A program made the translations under genes and the position numbers. Source: Octopus bimaculoides (taxonomy: Eukaryota). Taken from it: a stretch of DNA of 60,217 nt. The stretch covers positions 8,518,742 to 8,578,958 of the forward strand of contig NC_068990.1 of NCBI RefSeq assembly GCF_001194135.2. The letters run 5' to 3'. Of this stretch, positions 1 to 11,465 are shown piece by piece. A model generated the notes under the pieces. It was given only the letters and a program-made list of their open reading frames with translations. It was not told where the DNA came from and searched no databases. Position 1 is the first letter of the stretch. Each line of letters starts with the position of its first letter.

Positions 1-7
1 AAAACTA

Positions 8-111
<104 letters not shown>

Positions 112-819
112 ATTTCATTTCTGTAGATAAAAGAATAAAATATCATAACAATACTTAGTGGAAGTTTGCATGCAATTTAATCACTATCGGGTGCTCTTCA
201 TTCGCATTTTATCCTTCAACATTTTCAATGACTATTGCTTAAATACTAAAAAAGGTATTGCCGTTCAGCTGAAGCTCCTGTTATTTTTTCATATACGTTT
301 AACCTTCGTTATTAGCGCTAAAGTATCAAAATGACAAGGCTGTTGTCTTTCGGTATTGTGAAGCTTGATTTCTTTCTCACACGTGTTATTCCAACTATCG
401 TGAAAGTATGTTATGAACCTGAACAAAGTTCACATCTAATTACCTGTTTTAGCTGTTGTTACGTTGTTACTCGGTTTCAAAGATGAATTAAATCACGCGC
501 ACATGTCCATTATTTTCGCGCTAGGGCTGAAATCGTAAACAATGGTACCTTTATCTCCAGGGGAATTTGAAATCCAGCTGAAAAACACATGCTTCGATAA
601 TTTGTAAAGTAGTTTATAAAACGCATTTTTTGTGTATGTCTTTGGTAATATCAAGTCTAAATCTTTATGAATAGAGATCGGAAAATGTACAAAGGACTAT
701 TCACATTTTTCTTGAAAACTGGCAGGCGTTTGAGAACCCAACATATCGAAGGGAAATAAAATTATTGTTGTAATGAAAAAGACGTAGTTTTTGATACAGA
801 ATATGAATATATTTCGCAG

Positions 820-910
820 GTCAACAGGAGTCACTTTATGAAATTTCATGCATACCTGACCATTCAGAAAAGAACATCCATGGAAATTATGAAATATTTA
901 TCTACAAGAT
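820..910 (+). CDS. Putative internal exon of an unidentified host gene
   Basis: Acceptor atttcgcag|g at 819/820 and consensus donor gat|gtaagt at 910/911. The 91 nt are open in two frames (QQESLYEISCIPDHSEKNIHGNYEIFIYK, or VNRSHFMKFHAYLTIQKRTSMEIMKYLSTR). No homology recognised. Confidence 0.4.
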
Positions 911-2324
911 GTAAGTCTATAGAAAGCTGAGGTATGAAAAATACGGGAAAAAGCAAAACGTGAAGTAATTCAGGCAGATGGAATAAGTACATATATATCT
1001 GGTCACTTCCAAAGTATGAGATAAGAGGCATCACGAAATACCAAAATAAACTTTTGCGAAGTGCTCTTGAAAATTCTACACAAACTTCATACATGGCTCA
1101 TCACTGTTCAAAATTATTGAACCATAAGCAACAACAGCACTTGGTTTAGTAGATATAGTTAACTTTTGCGAATTGTGATAGGGAAGGTGGTGGATTTGGT
1201 TTATTATTCCAGAATCGGTAATAAAAATGAAATTCCGGGTTTTAATAAAACACAAAGATCTAAATCAAGACTCTATAAAGAAAACGAGCACAAAATATTC
1301 GAGAGTGAATATCAGAATGCTATAAGAAGCATAAATTACTCTCAGATGTTTGTCATTTAAAAAGACAACGCCCATTATACCAAATATTAAACAAGACGTG
1401 TCGCAACATTATACGGCCTTATATAGAGAAACGACAACAGCAAATAAAGAAAGACAAGTAACGCTACCTACGCCTCCTGCAAATCTGCCGGAAGAGTTAA
1501 TTTTCGAAATTAACGATAACTGCAACTGAAAATATTTCGACATCATATGTGTTGACACATCTGTTTTCTTGTAATTCTTAAGTAGGTGATGAAACTAATT
1601 CAACTAGAAATGTGTGCAAGATTTTGCGTTCACAGAAAGCGATGGTTGAAGCTGAACGGCTAATTCTTAAAATACGAAAATTAACATACACCTGCAAGAG
1701 ACGTCAAACAATAACTTTTAGTGGAAGAAAATCTACGAATAACAAAAATGTAGAAAATGCAAATATTTATGAGATGACATAGATTTCATATCTTATACAC
1801 ATGTTTCCGATTTTACATGATGTGATATACGAATTTAACACGAACGAAATCTACGATGCTTGTCAATGACGTCAGTTTACCGAAACCTCCAAATATGTTT
1901 CATGCATCACAACAGCGACATTGGTAATTTGATTACAATGTGATCGTTCAAAAACCAATCATATCTTTGTATATCAGACAAATCCGATAAGTTATATCAT
2001 GAACACTTCAAATGTAATATAATACAATAAGAAGCAATATATATTTGTGAACAAGTTGAACAGATATTGTTTTAGCACTGCACCGGTATGCTTATCGGAA
2101 TATAATTTCAAATGTTATAAGCAAACAACAGTATTTGTTGCTTGATAGTTCTGCAGCTAAATATATAATACATTTATTGGAGTTTTTATCAATTCTTATT
2201 AGTGATCGAAAAATGTGTTTTTATATCTTTGAACGTAATCAGTGAATCTGTACAAGAAATGAATAAAGGTGTTTACATCCTGATAATCACATTGATAAAT
2301 AATTCATACTCTAAATTCGCAATC

Positions 2325-2435
2325 AATTAATCAAAGAGCTCGGATCGGAACAAATGAACAAATTCCTCATCCACCTTATTCTCCCGCCCTTGCTCCTTCA
2401 GACTATTGCATAATTTTATCGAAGCTCTTATAAAA
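2325..2435 (+). mobile_element. mariner transposase fragment
   Basis: Translates as IPHPPYSPALAPSDY, matching the mariner HPPYSPDLAPSDY motif. Confidence 0.8.
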
Positions 2436-2871
2436 TATTGTATAATATAATGTGTTGTATCATGCCTGAAGCAACATACTTATTTTCAAGTGCTGGTCAA
2501 TGAACTACAAAAATCACGTTTATTTACACCAATCTTTATAGCTTTAATACAATATACATGACTAAATATTTCGAGAGGAAGCGTTTTTCAAATTTAAATT
2601 AAAATAGTTATTTCGTTATGAAACTAACATACAAACGACTATAGTAGATTCAGCACGCAGCATATCACAGCAAAAATAAGAAAATTGATATCTGCAGAAT
2701 GCGTTAACTGGTTGAAAGATGAAACCAACGTAGCTAACCTTAAACAATACATAATAGAAGTTCAGTATTTCTTTCATGATTCTAGAAAACCTTAGTTTGA
2801 AAGAAAATAGTTCACAATCTCTGACTGATGTTGGAATTTTGAATTTTAATATCAGTTATTTTTAAACTATG

Positions 2872-2967
2872 AAAATGTAATTATTTACGTTTTAAAATTT
2901 AATTATTTACATTTTAAAATGTAATTATTTACGTAAATAATTACATTTTAAAATGTAATTATTTACG
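2872..2967. repeat. 22-bp minisatellite with one inverted unit, forming a 52-bp perfect palindrome (2907-2958)
   Basis: ttacattttaaaatgtaattatttac|gtaaataattacattttaaaatgtaa is its own reverse complement. Confidence 0.9.
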
Positions 2968-4349
2968 AAAATTGACCTTCAGTTTGCAAGCATATGCAAA
3001 TATATTTGGGTGTCTTCATGAATTTTAGATGGTGACACATATATAACACCGTGCATTATGAAGTGATAAGTTAAATATTTAGACATACTAAACCGTTAAA
3101 GGAAAGGCGTTATAACGGTTAGAATATATCCAAAGTTTTATGCATAACTGTTACAAAAAGAAAGATTAGTTTAAAGATATGGCAGGTAGCCAATAACTAT
3201 AGAAATGTAAAGTTACTGCAAATAATGATATCAGCGTCTCAGAATTTTCGCAAATCGATTCTCCCTTTTCCTTCATCTCAATCGCCAACTTTTAATATTT
3301 GTGTGAATATTATCCTCAAGAACAAAAGAAAGTCTCGATAAACATAGCCCGTATCCAAATATGTGAAAGTCAAGTGGCGAAAGACTTTATTTATTAAGTA
3401 TGTAAAGAATAGATTTCAGAATAGTATGCTTGAAAAGTATTGTCTGATAACGAATGCATAAAATTTAATTTAGGGTGGGGGGGGCACTGATCGAACACTG
3501 CTTTCTTGATTGTCAAATCGTGAACATTTGGGAAATTTACTTATCGTAACTAAAATGTGAATAATATTCAGTCAATCAATCTAAAAGCAGGCGTGTGCGT
3601 CATGTTGCAATCAGCACTAAAGAGCTGCTACAAACTGGAAAGGAAAGTGTGGTTCTGTAAATCATTCGCTTAAGTTAATAGAAAATGTTATTACTTCATA
3701 TACGAGACCTAAATCCGGGTTAAAAATAATGTATTCAGATTAGATGTCTGGTGTTTGCTAAAACTAAACGAGTAGATAAACGTATCTGCGCTGTTAGATG
3801 TTGTAGTCACTATCAAATTGTAAACCAATTTGAAGTGAAGGCGACTGCAGAATTTTTATCGACATAATTCTCCGGAAGAACGATGAAGTACTAGTACTGT
3901 ATAAACTGGTGGTACAGGCAGATTAGAAAATATCGAAAGCCGACCTAATATGTTTATAGAAATTAAAACTACAAAAGAAAAACATGAGTGAAACATATAT
4001 GAACAAATAGGCAACGTCTCTAAATATAAATATTTAGAGATAATAACTGAAAGCAGTACTTGTTAGAGTATACTGGAGAAGTGAAAAGACACGAATTTAT
4101 TAAATGTTTTTCTGGTGGACCTCTACATCTTTAACAAATTTTCATGGGAAATAAACAATTATCTGACATGCAGAATAGCCAACTTTAAAAACAAGCATTA
4201 TTTCATGGTTCCATAACCAAGCAACAGAAACTCATCATGACTGCATGAATACACAGAGACATGAGACCATACACAACCTACTGAACTGCTTGAGTTGGCT
4301 GCCAAATTTCCCTCTAACAACTTAGAGGTTTTTTTTAATGTCACTCACG

Positions 4350-4690
4350 GAGGACAGTTCGGATTACAGATAAACTAAATAATAGATCACATGGTCAACT
4401 AAAAATAACAAGTCCACAAGGTCCAACAACAGACACTTCGCGGCAAAACTAATCAAGATCTAATACATAAGCGCTTCATGTAGTTAGATGTCCAAAATAA
4501 AATGCAGTGCCATGCAGCTAGAATATACATGAACAATATCAAAAGCATCGCCGTTATTTTCTTATAACAGATACACTGTACACCAATCTCAACAACAGGG
4601 GAAGGAATATAAAAGATGCTACACGGATGGAAGTCGAACCAAGAAAGAAAGTACAGACTTGGCGGAACATTTGTCACCTGGAAGGAGAGG
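4350..4690 (+). mobile_element. Highly decayed Penelope-like pre-GIY-YIG/GIY-YIG relic
   Basis: Broken frames read RHFAAKLIKI..SASCS*MSKIK and KESTDLAEHL, resembling the KHF..KIFN..SYSCM and T.L..H(IW) motifs seen in the better copy at 19755-20330. Confidence 0.4.
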
Positions 4691-4925
4691 AGATAGGTAG
4701 GGAGCTGAGGGATTGAAGAATTAGGGAGGGACGAGAAAGAGAGAAAAAGGAAGGAAAGGGACATAGAGAAAGAGACATAGGAGGTAAAAAAAAGGAAGGG
4801 AAGTGACGAGAATAAAGAGAAGCACAAGAAATGTGAGAGATGGGGAAGGAGCGAGAAAAAGAAAAGAGGAAAGAATGAAGAAAGTGTGAAAGGGACTAAA
4901 AGAAAGAGTAAAAGAATCGTACCGA

Positions 4926-4963
<38 letters not shown>

Positions 4964-5059
4964 AGGAGACCAAATGTGTACGTACGATGCTTTATGTATA
5001 TATTAAAAAAATGAAGCAATAGGGCAACAACAAAACATCTGCGCAGTTAGACGATACAA

Positions 5060-5290
5060 AGAAGGATAGGAAAAAAAAAAAACAAGGACGGGTTATTCGG
5101 AGCCTTCTATCGTCAGTCGAGTTCCACATCATCCCTACAGTTACGGCCGGTTACACTCGAGACTGCTCCAATTTGGCCGGCCCCACGAAAATCTATGCTA
5201 AGAGCACTAGATTATTTTGAGGAAAGCAAGTGTATGTATAAAAAAACAAGGACGAAAAAATGGAGAAATGTTACACGATAATATATAAAT
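5060..5290 (-). mobile_element. Probable Penelope terminal-repeat (pLTR) fragment with degenerate hammerhead core
   Basis: Minus strand reads ctgacga-tagaaggctcc-gaataacccgtc (core at 5110-5116). Assignment to a PLE terminus is by recall of similar repeats. Confidence 0.4.
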
Positions 5291-6116
5291 AGGATGAACA
5301 TGTAACTCAAATGAGAAAAGCAAGCACTTAGATTAAATAAATATATGCTGATTTTATGATTATGTAATGTTTCATTTATTTCACTAAGCAGAAAATGAAT
5401 AGATTCCTAGCAATATAAGCAATATATTTCTCTTCCCATGCAATAAAAGAGATGTAATGAAGCATCACCATTAAGCAGTATTCAAATACCAACGGATGAA
5501 GTTTGATCGTCCGTCAACGCATTCATATGGCGGTCGAGAATCGACACAAACTTGACACTATGTTAAACAGTCCTCGACTGAGGAGGAAAATGTGGTAGAA
5601 ACTTACGTTACTCAAAATGGCAAGAATTCAGCATCTTATGTTTGCATAACTGAGAAACTGCATGCTAAGTAATTACCGATACATTGAGCAGGAAAGGCAA
5701 TAAATTGGATTTGTTCCAACTAATTCACAGATCAGAAGGTAAATTAATTTAAAGTTTACTTCTCTTTCTAAATAGCTAATAAACTATGAAGTATGAACTA
5801 AAATATCTTTGTGTTGTTTGATTTACCCCCACCCAATATTCTCTACATACACCAATCAACAAATACCTCACTATGTGTGTAAAATTTTCTTTTGAAATAC
5901 AAACACTTCGTGCTCAAGTGATTCAATCAAATTCGAGATAGCTGTTTGTATCTGCGAATATTTTGTTGGAAAGAAAATGCAAACAGTCAAATGAAATAAA
6001 CACAGATTGCATGATTATCTTTTATTTCATATATTTCCCTGACAAAAATAGGAATAGATTCCGAGCAAGATATTTCTCTCTCTTGGCAACAAAAGAAACA
6101 ACCACTAAAAGCCAGG

Positions 6117-6232
6117 TATGTGTGTGTGCGTGTTTGTGTGTGTGCATGCGTGTGTTTTTGCGCGCACGCGCTCTATGCGTGTAGCCACACATATATAGGT
6201 GTATGTATGAGCATGTTTGTATGTATATGTGA

Positions 6233-6312
<80 letters not shown>

Positions 6313-6425
6313 GTACGTATACATACACAGACACACACACACACATATATGCATACATATAGACGCACATATATATATAGATATATGTATATACATATAT
6401 ATGTATATGTGTGTGTGTGTGTGTA
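6117..6425. repeat. Compound (GT)/(CA)/(AT) microsatellite block
   Basis: Direct reading. Explains the overlapping ORFs at 5963-6450. Confidence 0.95.
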
Positions 6426-7073
6426 TCAATGTAGGAAAATATACATGTAGGGATGAAGTACTAGTTTACCCAACCCGTTAAAAATAACGGCCTCTTAGAA
6501 GACATAAGCAGAAACTTTTATCTCGTAAACGCATCGGCATAACATACATTCCATATATCTGATATAGACTTGTTAACAATATTCCCATACATTTGCAGTC
6601 AATTTTCCGATCTAAGGTGTTTGGAAAATTCGAAATTTCGTCAAGAAGCAATATGTTCTCCATACACATATAACTGCTGTCTATACACATATAATTATCA
6701 ATATGATACATTCCATACATACAACAGTTATAATGAAATATACATCACAATATCAATATTTTATTCAAAACAGATACATTGCATGTATTCCTCTGTTTAA
6801 TATAATGGCTATTCCTTATAGAATATATATTTTTCATGTTCAAAAATGTCCTTGTTTACAACACACATATACATTAGACATATTGCACAATATGTGCTCT
6901 AGTGTGCATCAAACTTTACTTAACATAATTTAGAACGTGTTTCTTTGGACGTCTTTTGTGAACGAACTGAGAATGATGCATCTCGACAGATTTTACCCTT
7001 ATAAATCTCGTCAGATTTTACATTTATTTGTATAATCTGTTTAAAATAACATTTCCTTGATAGTCATTTCTTA

Positions 7074-7303
7074 TTTCTTTATTGCCCACAAGGGGGCTAA
7101 ACATAGAGCAGACAAACAAGGACAGACAAAGGGATTAAGTCGATTACATCGACCCCTGTGCGTAACTGGTACTTAATTTATCGACCCCGAAAGGATGTAA
7201 GGCAAAGTCGACCTCGGCAGAATTTGAACTTAGAACGTAACAGCAGAGGAAATACCGCCAAGCATTTCGCCCGGCGTGCTAACGATTCTGCCAGCTCGCT
7301 GTC
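7074..7303 (-). mobile_element. SINE (gagctggcagaatcgttagcacgccgggcgaaatgct family), full length, 21-bp TSD
   Basis: Identical flanks ttccttgatagtcatttctta at 7053-7073 and 7304-7324. Body is homologous to copies at 12766 and 45274. Confidence 0.9.
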
Positions 7304-7709
7304 TTCCTTGATAGTCATTTCTTACTATGGGCAACGTCATATTAGTAATACTGCTACTACTTACATAGATGCAGAGGTTTAGTAAGGGAAATAAACCTAA
7401 TCAGCTTTGCTGCATATTTCCGTCCCTAAACGTTGTTGAATCCATTGCTCTCTTCCTTACATCTATGACTGATTACATGAAAACTATCCTGTGACGAATA
7501 ACTATGTGTAATGTACCTGAAGAGGATATATATACAAACACACATAGCACATGTGTGTGTGTGCAAGTGTATGTATATAGCACTCAATACGTATTGTAAA
7601 TGGTATGTTTCTTTTTCATTAAAACTGAAGGCAAGATCTTGTTTAAATACACACGCACACACACACACACACACATACATACATGCACACACACGTGCAT
7701 ATATATATA

Positions 7710-7895
7710 TAGTTCAAATTTATAGAAAAACAAAGGCGATGACAGGTGTAGGAACACCCACCAAGGGTACTTACTTGACGCTCGGAAAAATGGAAACGTC
7801 TTTTATGTTTCGAGCCTACGCTCTTCCACAGAAAGGAATAAGAGGAAATAAATAAAAAGAGAATGAAAAAGACGTGTTGAGTTCAGGGGTCCAAC
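7710..7895 (-). mobile_element. Terminal repeat, probably a Penelope pLTR, with hammerhead-like motif (7800-7835), abutting (TA)n
   Basis: Homologous to 14500-14628, 32145-32220 and 47722-47830. Minus strand reads ctttctgtggaagagcgtaggctcgaaacataaaag. Confidence 0.65.
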
Positions 7896-9819
7896 ATATA
7901 CATGTATGCAGTTATGTATGTATCTAAGTATCTATATAAGTACTTATGTATACGTTACATTATAAATCAATCTAAGGTTTTGCTTCAGAGACTCAGCGAA
8001 GAACAGCAGCAGCGAACGACCTTTAAAAATATTATCGTGCATAACATTTTGACTTCTGCTTCGCATTTTTATACATCTCCAATACATTCTGCGACACTGT
8101 GTGACAAAACAAACCCTGCTTTATATGTTATCTCATTTAATCTTTTATGATCGACTCCTGATTTGACTGTAGACTAACTCAAACTCTCTTTGTGAAGAGA
8201 GAAGATTCCAAGCCATTCTTTGTTTATATGAAACGTGTGGGAGTGTGTGCAAGTAGCTGTGCTAATGAATATGGTCTTTCCTACATCACCAGAATCTACC
8301 ATAGTTATATTTAAGACTGCAATTTACTAGTAAACTCTGTAGAGAACTCAATGACCTGCATTAAGCAAATGGCATTGTCCTAATTATCAATATTTCAGAG
8401 AAGCTCCAGTTTCTTTATACTATAGCTGTGTGAGTGTGCGGCAGGGTAGAGATGATTGTAACACCTTAAAGACAAATATAGTCTGCCAATAGAGTATCGA
8501 TATTATTGCACCAATTATGCTTTATATCAACGGTCTGCATCCTCACCCACCACTATAGCGATAAATTTTGGTTGAGTTACATCTGTCAAGAGAATACAGG
8601 TGGGTGAAATATAAATTAAGAACGAATATGAAACAAAAGAAAGTAAAATTGCTATTTTTAAAACATTGCTTGGGACAAGAGAACGCAACTGGTTCTTACC
8701 AGCTTTATACCTGATTAGATTAAGACTGCCTGTTGCGCAAATTTGAAGAATGTTAGAGACGTCTTTTGTCAGTAATCTTTTGTAAATATACAGAGTAAAG
8801 TTCATGCATATTCGAGGAGAAAGTAAAGAAAAAAGAAGCATTGTACATAAGCCAGGGGGGGGGGAGATTAGCCAATGACATTATTCAGCTTTAACTAGCT
8901 CGTGATGGGACGATTCTCTTGTTTCATGACATCCTATAATGCTTTGATAGTAAATACGACCAGAACGTTTTGGTGCACTCTACTTGATGTATGACTAAAG
9001 CATACAGTCTCGTGTTAGCGCTGCAGATAATATTTTTGCAAGCAAGCTTCTGAATGGGCTAGTTGCTTAACCAGCTCACCTTTACAACAAAGGTTTAGAA
9101 TGCTGCATTGTTACTCGGCTCACATAAATGGGAATTTAAACATCTTAGCAGCGTATGGACTAGGCCACCTGACGTGACACAAATTCAGATGATCGAAAAC
9201 CTGATCAACATCGCTAGGGCCGACATGTATAGTCGTAAAACTCCTTACCTAGTACAATATCATGTTCAATCTAAAGAAACAGTATATTTCCCACCTTCGA
9301 AACTCTCAAGAGATAGAGTTTGGACTCACATTTTCCATATGAAAATTACAGACAGAAATATTAATAATGGGCATGCCAAAGCACTATCCATATTAGACAA
9401 GAAACCAACCTTGAATATTAAATATCCGACATGAACTGATCGATCATGTTATCCAAACTAGCAACATCAATTTGTCATATACAAAGGTTTGTGGCATTTA
9501 CCCTATCTATTGACGACAGACATCTGGTAAAAGAGTAACAGATATTATCAAACAAAATTTACACCAAAGCACTTAACTAACGTGCAACCGAGCCGATTTG
9601 AACTATGAATAAATCAGAGTAGTCCCCTTATTTTCAGGAGTACTTTCACCTGACACTGGTTTATTAAATGTTTTGAGGTAAAAATTTAAACTCTATCCTA
9701 ATATATGGCTTTTTTCCCACAAATCCATTTATTGTAGCTTTCTAAATCACTGCTTTCCTTATTATTCTGTAATGTTTTATGTAAACTATGATATTCTTAA
9801 ACACAAACATTTGTGTTTG

Positions 9820-9988
9820 TACGTGTTTGTGTATGTATGTACGTATGTTTGTATGTATGTATGTATGTATGTATGTATGTATGTATGTAGACAGGTAAGT
9901 AAGTAGGTTGTAGGTGGATAGGTAGGTAGGTAGGCAGGCAGGTAGGTAGGTAGGTAGGTAGGTAGGTAGGTAGGTAGGTAGGTAGGTA
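9820..9988. repeat. (TATG)n plus (TAGG)n tetranucleotide microsatellites
   Basis: Direct reading. Source of the LPTY-repeat ORFs. Confidence 0.95.
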
Positions 9989-10299
9989 AACACGGCCTTG
10001 CTTTTGTATACACACTTTCTACCTTGAAAACTTGTACACTTCATATTTTATGTACTTTGAATCACTAAAATTAGTAAATCATGATTAGTATACTACTAGT
10101 TTACAACTCAGTTCCCATGGAGAATAAAATATTGCTTATTGACATTTCACATCGGCATTGACAAATCTCCGAGTGGAGATCAAATGTTTAAATGAAATAG
10201 GAAATAAGGAATCCCAAAATGCTTTCACTTTTCTAAGGGAAATAAATATATAGGTCTTATGTGTTCTTCATCACCGCAACAATACAGAAGGAAAAGGCA

Positions 10300-10660
10300 A
10301 ACTTCAGTTACATAGATATCACGGAAGAGGAAATAATATTAGTCTTTCATAAGATGAAGTTGAACTCAAAAAGAGACCCTGATCGTTTCCCAGCGATTCT
10401 CTTCAAGATATGCAACACGGCTCTGATAAGACGATTATTGGTTACATTATTTCTAACAAGAAAAAGAAAATCATTTTCTTCCTCTAAGGTACATTTATTG
10501 TAACTCCCCTTAACAACTGTCTCCACTTGTGTTCATCTAAAAACGTCAAATAAGCCAGAGAGCTCGAAGCAATCCACTGTTGTTACATCAAGTAGATTGC
10601 TTCAGTGCAACGGGTGAGCTATTGGGAGAGGTTAAAAAGATTAAGGCTCTACTCTCTAAA
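10300..10660 (+). mobile_element. CR1/L2-type LINE RT fragments joined across a large internal deletion
   Basis: IDITEEEIILVFHKMKLNSKRDPDRFPAILFKIC (pre-RT PGPDG region) is followed within about 200 bp by ELEAIH..IASVQRVSYWERLKRLRLYSL (RT C-terminal region). Confidence 0.8.
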
Positions 10661-11119
10661 GTGAACCTAACTCACATTTTTCAAGTGCCAAGTAAGGATC
10701 TACCGCCTTGTTTAGGAATTAAAAGATACTAACCCACTATAGGGATGTTACTGTATAGCACCACAGGCTTCACATTTTTCATGTACGTTAAGGATCCAAT
10801 ACAATAATATTAGGTTTCAAAGGCTACTGCCTTACAATTCTTTGCCAAAACACGAATAATCTTAGTAGCTATATACGAGGCGCAAAGGTAAAGGTATAAA
10901 AACAAGTAAATATACAAATTTTCATCTGAGGAATCAGTTGAAAGCATTTCATGACAAAACCGGCAAATGAGAGCGTAGTTGCCCAGGTAACACATTCCCC
11001 AATACCAAAGATGGAGATGAATCGTGGAATACAAAAACTAATCTAAGAATCACACCATTGGCAGTGCCCTGGAATAACCACAATCCCTGGCTTGAACAAT
11101 TAAAATTAAATGTAAAGAA

Positions 11120-11139
11120 ACACACACACAAACACACAA

Positions 11140-11179
<40 letters not shown>

Positions 11180-11465
11180 GCGCGCGCAAACACACATACA
11201 CGCATACACACATACACACACATGCATGCACGCGCGCATTCACACGCACACATATATGCTGCGTGTATGCATATCATATATCTATCTGTCTAGTTACATA
11301 TTTATATATGTTGACATAGGCATAGATACAGATATTGATATTGATATATGTATATGTGTGTGTGCGTGTGTGTGTGTGTGTGTGCGTGTGTGTATGTGCG
11401 TGTGTGTGTGTGTGTGTGTGAGTGTGTGTGTTTGTTTATACATGCGCGCGAGCGCGTGCGCGTTG
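11120..11465. repeat. Compound (CA)/(GT)/(AT) microsatellite block
   Basis: Direct reading. Confidence 0.95.

Noticed and set aside
864-1094. Hydrophobic 76-aa minus ORF resembling a membrane protein
   Set aside because: It is antisense to A-rich sequence, with no family motif or supporting splice structure.
4453-5019. 188-aa Phe/Leu/Ser-rich minus ORF
   Set aside because: It derives from a purine-rich low-complexity tract plus (AT)n.
5963-6450. Overlapping ORFs rich in YI/HT/CV repeats (also 11058-11633, 21625-22338, 26552-27353, 33724-34593, 51980-52772, 55298-57084)
   Set aside because: They are translations of dinucleotide microsatellites and N gaps, not genes.
7461-7516. Minus-strand segment with good splice signals (YITHSYSSQDSFHVISHR)
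   Set aside because: It is isolated and short, with no recognisable homology or partner exons, and cannot be distinguished from chance.
8527-8841. Minus ORF with a superficial GPCR TM3-TM4 look (SLNLIRY..KIAILL)
   Set aside because: There is no DRY motif and no flanking TM segments in adjacent frames; hydrophobicity is expected antisense to A-rich DNA.
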